From contig JBMOHS010000001.1 in assembly GCA_049317725.1 (NCBI GenBank), positions 352 through 64,351 on the forward strand: a stretch of 64,000 nucleotides of DNA. The letters are read 5' to 3'. This stretch comes from Blastocatellia bacterium. GTDB lineage: Bacteria; Acidobacteriota; Blastocatellia; RBC074. Each line of letters begins with the position of its first letter. Positions within the stretch are counted from its first letter, which is position 1. The position numbers and the translations under genes are program-made. This document shows positions 47,766 through 57,821 of the stretch, piece by piece. Below the pieces are notes generated by a model. That model did no database searches. It worked only from the letters and a program-made list of their open reading frames with translations, and had not been told where the DNA came from.

Positions 47766-49715
47766 ATGTGCGGCATTTGCGGGCTGGTCGGTCACGACAA
47801 TCTGGACGTCATCACGGGGATGACGGCGCGGCTCACCCACCGGGGACCGGACGATGGGGGGGAGTTCCGTGACCGGGAGGCGAGGGTGGCGCTCGGCCAT
47901 CGCCGGTTGAGCATTCTCGATCGTTCGCCGCTGGGGCGGCAACCGATGAGCAGCGAGGATGGCCAACTACACCTGACCTTCAACGGAGAGATCTACAATT
48001 ACCTTACGCTGCGCGACGGACTCGATCCGGCCCGCCATCGCTTCCACTCTGGAACCGATACGGAGGTGATCCTCCGGCTCTACGAAGAGCGAGGGAGGGC
48101 GGCCTTCCCGGCCCTCGACGGGATGTTCGCCTTCGCGCTCTACGATGCACGAGAGGGCCGGCTGCACCTGGTCCGGGATCCCCTCGGGATCAAGCCGCTC
48201 TACTATGCGGCGATGCCAGGAAAGCTCCTCTTCGGATCAGAGATCAAATGCCTGCTCGCTTCGGGGGCCTATCAGGCAGAGATTGAGTGGCAATCGGTCC
48301 ACGACTTCTTCTCCTACCTCTACGTGCCTTCGCCGCGGACGATGTTCGCGGGGATCGAGCAGTTACTCCCCGGACATTCGCTGGAGTACGACGTGCGTCG
48401 ACGCGAGGTGGTACGGATCGAACGCTTCTGGGATCCGTGGCGGGGACGAGAAAAGACGGTCGATTACGAGCGGAGCCCGGCCGAGTGGCAGCGCGAGATT
48501 CGTGCGACGCTCAGCGCGGCGGTCGATCGACAGCGGATGGGGGACGTGCCGGTCGGGGCCTTTCTCTCAGGGGGAGTCGACTCGAACGTCCTGGTTGGGC
48601 TGATGGCGGAGCAGTCGACGACGCCGGTGCGCACCTTCACGATGCGCTTCGACGAGCCGGGCCTCGACTACTACGATGAGCGGGACGAGGCACGGCGAAT
48701 CGCGACCCGTTTCGGAACGGACCACCACGAAATCTCCGTCGACCTCTCCCACCCGGAGGAGATGCTCGACCTCGTTGAGTATTTCGATCAGCCCTTCGGG
48801 AACACGACCTTCTACTTGACGTGGCTGCTCTCACGCGAAACACGGCGGGAAGTCACCGTTGCCCTCTCCGGGGTCGGCGGAGACGAGCTCTTTGGCGGCT
48901 ATCCGCGCTACCGGGCGGTGCAGGCGATGCGTTGGCTGCGGTGGATTCCTCCATCGCTCGGCCAGGCAGGGGTCGGGCTGCTGCGCCCCTTCCGGGACCA
49001 CTTTGGCAATCGACGGCTGCATCGGATCCGCGCGCTGCTGGGCGGGCTCGATCCCGATCCAGCCGAGCAATACCTGCGTTGGGTCTACTACCTCGACGAG
49101 GGGCGCAAGGCGGAGCTGCTCCTGCCCCGCAGCGGGGGGAAGAGCCCGCTCCGGTCCTCACGGGTCTTGGCGGAACGGCTCGCCGAGATGCCGGCCGGGT
49201 GGCAGAAGCGGGAGGCCGGTAATCGATTCTCCTGGCTCGATGTCGAGACCTTTCTGCCGGACAACCTCTTGGCCTACACCGATCGCATGAGTATGGCGTG
49301 GGGGCTGGAGGTGCGCGTCCCCTTTCTCGATCAATCCTTGGTCGAGCTGGCCTTTGCCATTCCCTTCTCCCTCAAGCAGAACCGGCGGGGGAGCAAATGG
49401 ATTCTGCGGGAGGCCTTCGACGACCTGATTCCCGAAGCCAATCGACACGTCCCGAAGAAGGGATTCAATCTGCCCCTCGGCCACTGGATGCGCACGCGGT
49501 TCGATCGGTTCTTCGAGTCACGGCTGCCGCGGGCCTACGTCGAGCGGGAGGGGATCTTCCGGTATGACGCAATCCAGCGGATGCGGGAGGAGCATCGACG
49601 CGGGCTCCGCGACAACGGCTACGAACTCTTCGCGCTGTTGATCTTCGACACGTGGTATCGGAAGTACCTCACCGGAACCGAGCCGATGGTGGGAGGGGAG
49701 CACGGCAGCAGATGA
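47766..49715 (+). CDS. asparagine synthetase B-family amidotransferase, paralog 2 (WbpS-like)
   Basis: MCGICGL Cys2 nucleophile. HRGPDD. PP-loop AFLSGGVDSN. Confidence 0.85.
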   Translation: MCGICGLVGHDNLDVITGMTARLTHRGPDDGGEFRDREARVALGHRRLSILDRSPLGRQPMSSEDGQLHLTFNGEIYNYLTLRDGLDPARHRFHSGTDTEVILRLYEERGRAAFPALDGMFAFALYDAREGRLHLVRDPLGIKPLYYAAMPGKLLFGSEIKCLLASGAYQAEIEWQSVHDFFSYLYVPSPRTMFAGIEQLLPGHSLEYDVRRREVVRIERFWDPWRGREKTVDYERSPAEWQREIRATLSAAVDRQRMGDVPVGAFLSGGVDSNVLVGLMAEQSTTPVRTFTMRFDEPGLDYYDERDEARRIATRFGTDHHEISVDLSHPEEMLDLVEYFDQPFGNTTFYLTWLLSRETRREVTVALSGVGGDELFGGYPRYRAVQAMRWLRWIPPSLGQAGVGLLRPFRDHFGNRRLHRIRALLGGLDPDPAEQYLRWVYYLDEGRKAELLLPRSGGKSPLRSSRVLAERLAEMPAGWQKREAGNRFSWLDVETFLPDNLLAYTDRMSMAWGLEVRVPFLDQSLVELAFAIPFSLKQNRRGSKWILREAFDDLIPEANRHVPKKGFNLPLGHWMRTRFDRFFESRLPRAYVEREGIFRYDAIQRMREEHRRGLRDNGYELFALLIFDTWYRKYLTGTEPMVGGEHGSR

Positions 49716-51892
49716 AACAGGTCATCCAGCATTTTCGGACAGGGGAGTTGCGGGTCGAAGAGGTCCCAGAGGCGAGCTCACGGCGCGGCGGAGTTCTCGT
49801 CAGCAATGTTGCCTCACTGATCAGCCCTGGGACAGAGAAGATGGCGGTCGAGCTGGCCCGGAAATCCCTGCTCGGCAAGGCGCGGGAGCGCCCGGACCTG
49901 GTCCGGCAAGTCCTCCGCAAATGGCGACGGGACGGGTTGGCCAGTACCTTCCGGACGGTCCGCACGAAACTCGAGACGAGCTTGGCCCCAGGGTACAGTT
50001 GCGCCGGGATCGTGCGCGGCGTCGGGGCAGGAGCCGAGGAGTTTCAGGTCGGCGATCGGGTCGCCTGTGCCGGCTACAACTACGCCTCGCACGCCGAGCG
50101 GGTCTTCGTGCCAAAGAATCTGGCGGTGCGGATCCCGGACGGAGTCAGCTTCGAGGAGGCCGCCTTCGTCACGCTCGGAGCGATCGCCGTTCAGGGCGTG
50201 CGGACAGCCGGGGTCGGATTGGGAGAGACGGTCGCGGTCATCGGGTTGGGTTTGATTGGACAACTGACCGTGCAGATCCTGCGGGCCGCCGGCTGCCGGG
50301 TGCTGGCGATCGATCTCGATCGGGAGCGGGTTGAGCTTGCTCTCCGGTTGGGAGCGGAGACTGGGTGCACTCGCCACGACCCACAGCTGACCGAGGTCTG
50401 CGACCGCCTCACCCAAGGGCGCGGCGTCGACGCGGTCATCATCACGGCGGCGGGCCCGACGAACGACCCGATCGAACTGGCCGCCGCCTTGGCCCGGGAC
50501 CGGGCCGTCCTCTCTCTCGTCGGGGCAGTTGGAATGAACCTGCCCCGCCGCCCCTTCTTCGAGAAGGAGCTGCAGGTGAGGCTCTCGCGATCCTATGGCC
50601 CGGGCCGCTACGATCCTCGCTACGAGGAGCAAGGAATCGACTACCCGATCGGGTACGTCCGCTGGACGGAGCGCCGCAACATGGAGGCGTTTCTGCGGCT
50701 GGTCGCGGAGAAGCGGATCGAACTGGTACCGCTGATCACCCACCGCTTCGCGATTGACGAGGCCGTCGCGGCCTACCAGATCGTCACTGGCCAACCGGCG
50801 ACGCCCCACTTGGCCATTCTGCTGCAGTACCCGGAGCGCGACACAGATTCCCCCCCTTCGGTTCGCCGTCCAGCAACGGGGGTTGGCACTGAAGGGACGA
50901 TCGGGATCGGGCTGATCGGGGCTGGCAACTTTGCGCGAAGTGTCCTTCTCCCCCGGCTGGTCCGCCAACTGGACACCAGCAACGCGCAGATTCTCGGGGT
51001 GGCCACGGCGAATGGGCGCACCGCCAAGTCGGTTGCCGCCGAGTATCGTGTGCCCTTCGGCACCACCGATTACCGGGCCCTCCTCGCCGATGAAGCGATT
51101 CGGGCGGTGATCATCACGACTCGCCACGACACGCACGCCACGATCGCTGCGGAGGCCCTTCGCGCCGGCAAAGCGGTCTTTGTCGAGAAGCCGCTGGCAA
51201 TTCGGGAAGCGGAGCTGAGAGACCTTGAGGCGGCGATGGAGGAGACGGGGGGGCGCGTGATGGTCGGATTCAATCGACGCTTCTCGCCCTTCTCGATCGA
51301 GCTGCGCCAGTTCTTCGACGGGAGAGGACCACTGGTGATCACCTATCGGGTCAATGCCGGCCCGCTGCCCCCGGAGAGCTGGATTCACGGAGAGGAGGGG
51401 GGCGGTCGGATTCTCGGCGAGGTCTGCCACTTTCTCGACTTTCTGCAGTTCCTCACCGCGGCCGAGCCGATCGAAATCTACGCGATCCCCACGACTGCCC
51501 CAACGGGAGCAGGGAGTGGGTCGAGCCCGGAGACAGTCGTCGTGCAGACCCGCTGGAGCGATGGTTCGATCGGGACGATCGAGTACCTTGCTACCGGCGA
51601 CCGCGGGCTCGCCAAGGAACGGATCGAAGTCCACGGAGGGGGACGGAGCGCCATCCTCGACGACTTTCGTGGGCTGGAATGCTGGGCCGATGGGAGGCGA
51701 CGACGCCATCGCGCCTTCCAGCAGCGGAAGGGGTTCGACGAAGAGATCACCGCCTTCCTGACGGCACTCCGCAGTGGGGAAGAATTTCCAGTTTCCTGGA
51801 CGAGTCTGGTCCAGACGACCCGGGCGACCCTGGCGATTGAGGAGTCGATCCGAGTGGGCCACCCGATTCAACCTCCCCGGGGGCGAGTGTGA
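49712..51892 (+). CDS. bi-domain oxidoreductase (N-terminal MDR/zinc-type alcohol dehydrogenase fold fused to C-terminal Gfo/Idh/MocA fold)
   Basis: N-terminal half has the MDR Rossmann motif VAVIGLGLIGQL. C-terminal half has IGIGLIGAGNFA and EKP (VFVEKPLA) motifs of Gfo/Idh/MocA. ATGA overlap with asnB2. Confidence 0.8.
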   Translation: MKQVIQHFRTGELRVEEVPEASSRRGGVLVSNVASLISPGTEKMAVELARKSLLGKARERPDLVRQVLRKWRRDGLASTFRTVRTKLETSLAPGYSCAGIVRGVGAGAEEFQVGDRVACAGYNYASHAERVFVPKNLAVRIPDGVSFEEAAFVTLGAIAVQGVRTAGVGLGETVAVIGLGLIGQLTVQILRAAGCRVLAIDLDRERVELALRLGAETGCTRHDPQLTEVCDRLTQGRGVDAVIITAAGPTNDPIELAAALARDRAVLSLVGAVGMNLPRRPFFEKELQVRLSRSYGPGRYDPRYEEQGIDYPIGYVRWTERRNMEAFLRLVAEKRIELVPLITHRFAIDEAVAAYQIVTGQPATPHLAILLQYPERDTDSPPSVRRPATGVGTEGTIGIGLIGAGNFARSVLLPRLVRQLDTSNAQILGVATANGRTAKSVAAEYRVPFGTTDYRALLADEAIRAVIITTRHDTHATIAAEALRAGKAVFVEKPLAIREAELRDLEAAMEETGGRVMVGFNRRFSPFSIELRQFFDGRGPLVITYRVNAGPLPPESWIHGEEGGGRILGEVCHFLDFLQFLTAAEPIEIYAIPTTAPTGAGSGSSPETVVVQTRWSDGSIGTIEYLATGDRGLAKERIEVHGGGRSAILDDFRGLECWADGRRRRHRAFQQRKGFDEEITAFLTALRSGEEFPVSWTSLVQTTRATLAIEESIRVGHPIQPPRGRV

Positions 51893-53781
51893 AGAGCCAT
51901 CCTACCTCTGCCACCCCTGTCGGTCCACTGAGAATGCCGCTGCTGATCTGGCGAACGCTAGCGCCCTTGCGGTGGGAGCAGCTCGTCTATCGGCCGTGGC
52001 GAGTGGCGGAGAAGCGGCTCTACCGGCACGTGCCTGTTCTTGCCGAGCGCTGGCGACGGGTCACCAAACCGGGCCCACCCGTGGATCGCGCCGGACTGGA
52101 AGCGATCCAGGGGTTGTTGCGAGAGGAAGGGGCAGCCCACCTTCTCCCCGCTCCAGATGCCGCACTCGTCGAGGAGTGGGAAGACTTCCGGGCAGGGCGC
52201 TTCACCTTTCTGGGGCGGTCACGGACACTGCCATCCCCGGACTGGAACGCGCGCTATGAGAGCCACCTCTGGAACTACCAACTGCACTACTTTGGCTGGA
52301 CGCTCGACTGCGTGCGCCAACGGGTCGAGACGGGTACCAAAGAGCCCCTTGAGCGATGCCAGAGGCTGATCGAGCAATGGATTGACGAGGCGTGCCCCGG
52401 CCGGAGTGATGGGTGGGACGCCTATCCGCTCTCGCTGCGGGTCGTCCATTGGATCTACGGGTATTGCCTGCTGGCGGGCATCGAGTCGACGGCGAATCCA
52501 CCGTTGCCCGCCTCCTTCCTGGAGCGGTGGCGTGGATCGATGCATCGGCAACTGGCCTTCCTCTCGGGCCACCTCGAGTACCACTTGCTGGCCAACCACC
52601 TCTTCAAGAATGCCAAGGCACTGGTCATCGGAGGGGTCTTCTTTGGCAAGCGGCGCTGGCTGGCGCAGGGGCTCCGGCTGCTCTGGCGCGAAGTGGAGGA
52701 GCAGGTCCTGCCCGATGGCGGCCACTTCGAGCGGGCGCCGATGTACCACGCGCAGACCCTCGGGGATCTGCTCGAATGTGTCGCGGTGTTGCGGCGGATC
52801 GGTGAGCCGATCCCCCCCGAGATCGCGACGCGACTCTCCACCATGGTCGCCTTTCTCGATGCAGTGCGCGACCAGACGGGAGACCGGCTCGCCGCCTTCA
52901 ATGACACGGCAGCGACACGGGAGACTCGCCCGGGTCCCCTCCTTGAGACTGCACGAAGAATGGGTCTCCCGGTCCCCGCTCCCTGCCCGCCCAGCCAAGG
53001 GATGGCGCGGCAGTTTCCCGAAACAGGATACCACCTCTGGATCCGTTCTGACGCAAGTGGGCAGATGACGGAAAAGATCATCGTCGACACGGGTCCTCCC
53101 TCCGTCTCCTACAACACGGCCCACGCGCACTGCGACCTGCTCAGCTTCGAGCTGCACCTCGACGGCCATCTTTGGATCGCCGACACGGGCGTACACGGTT
53201 ACGGCGGTGACCCGTTTCGCGCCTATTGCCGCTCGACGCGGGCCCACAATACCCTCACCATCGATGGACAGGAGCAGTCGGAGATCTGGGGGATCTTCCG
53301 GATGGGACGGCAGGCCGAGCCACTCGACGCCACTTCACAAGGGGCAGCGGACGAGTGGACGTGTCTGGCCACCTATCGTCCCGGGCTCCCTCCCCACCTC
53401 TGCCACCAACGCCGGTTTCGACGCGCCCCGGATGGGAGCTGGACGATCGAAGACCGGATTCTGGCTCCTTTCACGAAACGGCAAGGCTCACCGTCGAGCT
53501 GGCAGGTTGAGAGCTTTCTCCACCTGACACCCGAAATTTCTGTGGAACGGGAGGGAGCGGGGCCCGGCCTGCGCCTCTCGCAAGGCACCGTCCACTACCG
53601 ACTGCTCCCCTTCGGAGAGAGTCTGCCCGAAATAGTGATTCACCGGGCAGTCGAGGGGGCCCCAGAGGGATGGCTCTTTCCGGCGTTTGGGGTGGCCGTT
53701 CCCGGGACGATGCTGACATATTGCTGGTCCATCAGCGCAGACCAGCCCTTCGGATTCCGGCTGGTTCCTGAAGCACCTTGA
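51889..53781 (+). CDS. heparinase II/III-like family protein
   Basis: 630 aa. Alpha/alpha-toroid then beta-sandwich architecture. Conserved GGHFERAPMYH and HAHCDLLSFEL motifs typical of Hepar_II_III. GTG start overlapping the previous stop. Confidence 0.75.
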   Translation: MKSHPTSATPVGPLRMPLLIWRTLAPLRWEQLVYRPWRVAEKRLYRHVPVLAERWRRVTKPGPPVDRAGLEAIQGLLREEGAAHLLPAPDAALVEEWEDFRAGRFTFLGRSRTLPSPDWNARYESHLWNYQLHYFGWTLDCVRQRVETGTKEPLERCQRLIEQWIDEACPGRSDGWDAYPLSLRVVHWIYGYCLLAGIESTANPPLPASFLERWRGSMHRQLAFLSGHLEYHLLANHLFKNAKALVIGGVFFGKRRWLAQGLRLLWREVEEQVLPDGGHFERAPMYHAQTLGDLLECVAVLRRIGEPIPPEIATRLSTMVAFLDAVRDQTGDRLAAFNDTAATRETRPGPLLETARRMGLPVPAPCPPSQGMARQFPETGYHLWIRSDASGQMTEKIIVDTGPPSVSYNTAHAHCDLLSFELHLDGHLWIADTGVHGYGGDPFRAYCRSTRAHNTLTIDGQEQSEIWGIFRMGRQAEPLDATSQGAADEWTCLATYRPGLPPHLCHQRRFRRAPDGSWTIEDRILAPFTKRQGSPSSWQVESFLHLTPEISVEREGAGPGLRLSQGTVHYRLLPFGESLPEIVIHRAVEGAPEGWLFPAFGVAVPGTMLTYCWSISADQPFGFRLVPEAP

Positions 53782-53813
53782 CGAATCCGGGCTCTTCGCT
53801 GGATCCTTGCGGC

Positions 53814-55061
53814 ATGCGGATCACATTTCTCTGTCAGTATTTTCCGCCGGAGATGGGAGCGCCGGCGGCGCGGACGTGGGAGCACACCCGGGAGTGGGTC
53901 GCCCAGGGGCACGCCGTGACGGTCGTCACCGGCTTTCCCAACCATCCGACGGGGATCCTGCGCCCCGAGTATCGCGGACAGATCCTCGCGCGTGAATCCC
54001 CTGCGGGCGTCGATCTGCTGCGCACCTGGGTCTACTGCGCACCGAACAAGGGATTCTTTCGGCGGAGTCTCAATTTTCTCTCCTTCTTCGGATCGTCGCT
54101 GCTCTTCGGGGGGCTGTTGACGAAGCGACCTGACGTGGTCATCGGGACGTCGCCACAGTTCTTCTGTGCTGTCGCCGCCTACCTGTTGAGCTGTTGGAAG
54201 CGGGTGCCTTTCGTCTTCGAGGTTCGCGACATCTGGCCGCAATCGGCGATCGAGCTAGGAGCGATCCGGAATCCTCTGCTGATCCGGACCCTCGAAGCGA
54301 TGGAGGCACAGCTCTACCGTCGTGCTGCCCTGATCGTCATCGTCGCCGAATCGACACGCGCCTACCTGCGGGCAAAGGGGATCCCTCCCGAGAAGATAGC
54401 CCTGATTCCCAACGGGATCGATCAGCGATTTTTAACGGCAGCGACGCGACGGCCAGAGCAGATCCGGACCGAGCACGGATGGGAGGAGAAGTTCCTGGTG
54501 GGCTACATTGGCACGCACGGAATGTCGCACGCCCTCGGGAGCGTGCTCGACGCCGCCGAGCGGCTGCAAGACGATCCCACCTTCCATTTCCTCTTTATCG
54601 GGGAGGGAGCGGAGAAGGAGCGGTTGATGAGCCTCGCGGAAGAGCGCCAATTGACCAACGTCACCTTTCTCCCCGAGCAGCCTCGTGAAGAGCTGGCCGC
54701 CTTCTACAGAGCCTGCGACATCGGCTTGGTTCCGCTGCGGCGCCTTCCCATCTTCCAAAAAGTGCTTCCTTCAAAGCTCTTCGAATGGATGGGCGTCGGC
54801 CGTCCAATCGTTTGCAGTGTCGAAGGAGAAGCGGCACAATTGGTGGTGACTTCGGGTGGAGGGCAATGCATCGAGCCGGAATCGGCAGATGCCCTGGTCG
54901 ATGCCCTTCAGCGGCTACAACAAGATCCAACCCAACGAGCGGAGATGGGGAGAGCTGGGGAGGCCTTCGTCACCACCCGTTACACACGGGCTCACCTCGC
55001 CAGGGACTACCTCCGAGTGGTATGCGAACGTATCTCATCCTCTTCACCTGCTCGATCCTGA
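53814..55061 (+). CDS. glycosyltransferase family 4 (WcaI-like)
   Basis: MRITFLCQYFPPEMGAPAARTWEHTREW N-terminus. GT-B C-terminal domain (GYIGTHGMSHAL...). Confidence 0.8.
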   Translation: MRITFLCQYFPPEMGAPAARTWEHTREWVAQGHAVTVVTGFPNHPTGILRPEYRGQILARESPAGVDLLRTWVYCAPNKGFFRRSLNFLSFFGSSLLFGGLLTKRPDVVIGTSPQFFCAVAAYLLSCWKRVPFVFEVRDIWPQSAIELGAIRNPLLIRTLEAMEAQLYRRAALIVIVAESTRAYLRAKGIPPEKIALIPNGIDQRFLTAATRRPEQIRTEHGWEEKFLVGYIGTHGMSHALGSVLDAAERLQDDPTFHFLFIGEGAEKERLMSLAEERQLTNVTFLPEQPREELAAFYRACDIGLVPLRRLPIFQKVLPSKLFEWMGVGRPIVCSVEGEAAQLVVTSGGGQCIEPESADALVDALQRLQQDPTQRAEMGRAGEAFVTTRYTRAHLARDYLRVVCERISSSSPARS

Positions 55062-56584
55062 CGGCCTTACTGTTGACGCCGCTGGTGCGGCGGCGAGCGA
55101 TCGCCTGGGGGGCCATCGCCATCCCGGACCAGGGGCGCCACATCCACGCGCGACCGACACCACGGCTCGGCGGCATCGCCATCTACCTCGCCTTCCTGAC
55201 TGGGCTCGCCTTGGTTCCGCTCTCGGGCAATCTGGTCGCGGAGATCTTCAGTGCCAACCTGTCGCGCATCCTGGCGCTGCTGATCCCGGCGACGGGAATG
55301 ATGCTCTTCGGCGTCTATGACGACTTTCGGAGCGCGTCCGCCCCGCTCAAACTGGCCGTTCAGACGGTCGCGGCGACTGCACTCTTCGTCAGCGGCTTGC
55401 GGATCGAGGCGGTCTCCTCCCCGTTCGGGGGGCATTGGGATCTGCCGATCTGGTTGAGCTTTCTGGCGACCGCCTTCTGGGTGGCCCTCGTCACCAATGC
55501 CTTCAACCTGATCGATGGGATCGACGGACTGGCGTCGGGTGCCTCGATCTTTGCCTTCCTCTCGATTCTGATCTTCTCGATCGCCCAGGGCCACCCGGAG
55601 ATCAGCCTGCTGTCGGTCATTCTCATCGGCGCGATCATGGGATTCCTGCGCTACAACTTCAATCCCGCAACGATCTTCCTTGGCGATTCCGGGAGCCTCT
55701 TCCTCGGATTCATGGCGGCGGGACTCTCCCTGGCCGGGTCGCAGAAGGGCTCAACGATCGTGGCGATCGCCATTCCGCTCGTCTCCTTCGGACTGCCGCT
55801 GACGGAGGCGGGGCTCTCGCTCGTACGGCGCTTTTTGAGCGGGGCACCCCTCCTGGCGGGCGATCGGGGACACATTCACCACCGGCTGCTCGACCGGGGG
55901 CTGACCCAGCGACAAGTGGCGATCCTGCTCTACGGGGTCTGCGGGCTCTTCGCCCTCTTCGGGCTGATGCTCCTCAATCCGCAACGCAATCTGGGAGCGT
56001 TGATCTTCTTCGTGGTGGGAGTGGGCGTCATCTTCGGCGTGCAACATCTGCGCTATCCGGAGTTCAGTGAGCTGGGCCATCAGTTCCGACATCGAGTTCA
56101 TCGACGGCGGCGAGCCATCGCCGCCAATGTCCGGCTGCGAAGGGTCAGTGCCGATCTGGCGCGGGCTCGGGACCTCGATGAAGTCTTCGCGGCCCTCGCT
56201 CACCTGCAGGAGTCTGGAGAGTTCGACTGCGCGTGGATCGAGATTGATGACAGCCGCCGTCCAGCCTCGGGAATTTGGGGGGAGACAGCCGCCTGCCAGC
56301 CCTCCCTGTCGCCCGGCCGCACGATCCTCTGGTCCTGGGAAGATCGTCCGGGACGGGCCGGGGAGATGCGGGAATCCGCCTTCACGTGGTCACTGCGCCT
56401 GCCGCTCCGCCAGGGAGCAGATGGCCTTCTTGGAGAGGTGGTCTTCTGCCGGGATCTGCGGCGGGGGGCTGCCCATCTCGACCTCTCCGCCCTTTGCGAC
56501 CAACTCCCGGACGACCTGAGCCTCGCCCTCGAACGGCTCCTCCCCAGGAAGACCGATCCCGCCCCCTCCTCGCCTCACTCCTGA
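55022..56584 (+). CDS. polyprenyl-phosphate N-acetylhexosamine-1-phosphate transferase (WecA/MraY GT4-family initiating enzyme) with ~170-aa C-terminal extension
   Basis: MraY/WecA motifs: DD (GVYDDF), [32 protein letters not shown]-terminal region from ~56090 has no recognised domain. 40-bp overlap with the upstream GT4. Confidence 0.8.
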   Translation: MRTYLILFTCSILTALLLTPLVRRRAIAWGAIAIPDQGRHIHARPTPRLGGIAIYLAFLTGLALVPLSGNLVAEIFSANLSRILALLIPATGMMLFGVYDDFRSASAPLKLAVQTVAATALFVSGLRIEAVSSPFGGHWDLPIWLSFLATAFWVALVTNAFNLIDGIDGLASGASIFAFLSILIFSIAQGHPEISLLSVILIGAIMGFLRYNFNPATIFLGDSGSLFLGFMAAGLSLAGSQKGSTIVAIAIPLVSFGLPLTEAGLSLVRRFLSGAPLLAGDRGHIHHRLLDRGLTQRQVAILLYGVCGLFALFGLMLLNPQRNLGALIFFVVGVGVIFGVQHLRYPEFSELGHQFRHRVHRRRRAIAANVRLRRVSADLARARDLDEVFAALAHLQESGEFDCAWIEIDDSRRPASGIWGETAACQPSLSPGRTILWSWEDRPGRAGEMRESAFTWSLRLPLRQGADGLLGEVVFCRDLRRGAAHLDLSALCDQLPDDLSLALERLLPRKTDPAPSSPHS

Positions 56585-57024
56585 TGACGGAAGGGGATAA
56601 AGGTCGGGTCGTCCTGATGGACGCGCTCCCACCGCAGAAACTCGTAAAACCCACACCGATTCTCTTCAGGATAGCTGCGACAGGTCGTCGGACGATGCTC
56701 GTAGACCGTGCAGCGCCGCTCAACCGGATGCAGGAACTGGCAGGCACTCTTGTAGATCGAATCGCGCCGATGGCGGAGCACCCGGTGGCCGTAGGCTTTG
56801 ACCAGCTTGGTAAACCGTTTCTCCGCGACCTCGTAGCTGAGTTCGAAGCGGCGGGCGAGCCGCTGAATGTCCTGCTTCGTCACCAGAATCCACTCGTAGG
56901 TGCAGCAGTATGCCGGACAGACCGAGCAGTCGTACCGCAACCGGGGAGAGGCCTTGCGGACAGGGGTGGCAGGGGTGGCTGGCAGGACGGGCAGCTCTTT
57001 CTTCTTCTTCGTGGGCATAGGCAT
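56575..57024 (-). CDS. ykgJ: YkgJ-family (UPF0153) putative Fe-S/zinc-cluster protein
   Basis: Cys motifs CSVCPAYCC...C(x)...[15 protein letters not shown] typical of YkgJ/flagellin N-methylase-like family. Confidence 0.7.
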   Translation of the reverse strand: MPMPTKKKKELPVLPATPATPVRKASPRLRYDCSVCPAYCCTYEWILVTKQDIQRLARRFELSYEVAEKRFTKLVKAYGHRVLRHRRDSIYKSACQFLHPVERRCTVYEHRPTTCRSYPEENRCGFYEFLRWERVHQDDPTFIPFRHQE

Positions 57025-57821
57025 TACGAGGATGGGGAATTCGACCGGCCGGACGACTGCAAAAAATCCCGCACCTTCTTGAGATCCTCCCAGGCCTCCG
57101 GCTTCTTGTCGGGACTGCGCAGGAGGTAGGCAGGGTGGTACGTCGGCAGAACGAGGATCTCACTCAAGGCGGGATAGGGCTGAAAGGTACCGCGCAAGCG
57201 GGTGATCCCCACTTTGGAATCGAGGAGCGCCTGGGTAGCGGGGTTGCCGAGCGTGACGATCAACTTCGGCCGGATCGCGGCGATCTGGCGGCGCAGAAAC
57301 GGGAGGCACGCCTCGACCTCGTCCCGCTCGGGGGCGCGGTTTCCCGGCGGACGGGACTTGACGACATTGGCAATGTAGACCTCGTCGCGCTGGAACCCAA
57401 TCGCCTCGATCATCCGGGTGAGAAGCTGGCCCGCCCGCCCGACAAACGGGCGTCCCGAAGCATCCTCATCCGCACCGGGGCCCTCTCCGACAAACATCAG
57501 CCGCGCCTGCGGGTTGCCCTCGCCAAAGACGAGCTGGGTGCGCGTCGACCAGAGCTTGCAACGCTGACACTCGCCGAGGTCGCGTCGAATCTCCTCGAGC
57601 GTCTCGGCGCGCTCTGCAGAGCCTCCCCCCTCGACGAGGGGCAGTGAAGGCCTCGCCTCCATTCTCTTCACCGGTGTCTCCTCTCCCTGTGGAGCCATTG
57701 CCCGTGGCGCCGGCGGATCGAGCGTCACCACGCCGAGTTCCCGAAAGAAACGGAGATGCTCGGCGGTATCGGCCAGCAGCTCCTCAAACTCCTCCCGCCA
57801 CCCTTCGCCCGGACCACTCAT
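57024..57821 (-). CDS. uracil-DNA glycosylase, family 4
   Basis: GECQRCKL and GEGPGADED motifs, plus HPAYLLR. Confidence 0.85.
   Translation of the reverse strand: MSGPGEGWREEFEELLADTAEHLRFFRELGVVTLDPPAPRAMAPQGEETPVKRMEARPSLPLVEGGGSAERAETLEEIRRDLGECQRCKLWSTRTQLVFGEGNPQARLMFVGEGPGADEDASGRPFVGRAGQLLTRMIEAIGFQRDEVYIANVVKSRPPGNRAPERDEVEACLPFLRRQIAAIRPKLIVTLGNPATQALLDSKVGITRLRGTFQPYPALSEILVLPTYHPAYLLRSPDKKPEAWEDLKKVRDFLQSSGRSNSPSS

Noticed and set aside
53778-53813. TTG start at 53778 for the GT4 gene (as in the ORF track), overlapping the heparinase-like stop
   Set aside because: WcaI-like GT4 enzymes begin MRI(L/T)F, which matches the ATG at 53814. The extra 12 residues (LTNPGSSLDPCG) are unconserved. 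The TTG remains possible but is less likely.
56575-56584. 10-bp convergent overlap between the WecA-like gene end and ykgJ end as a possible mis-assembly or frameshift
   Set aside because: Both proteins are complete with family-typical termini. Short convergent overlaps are common in compact high-GC genomes.
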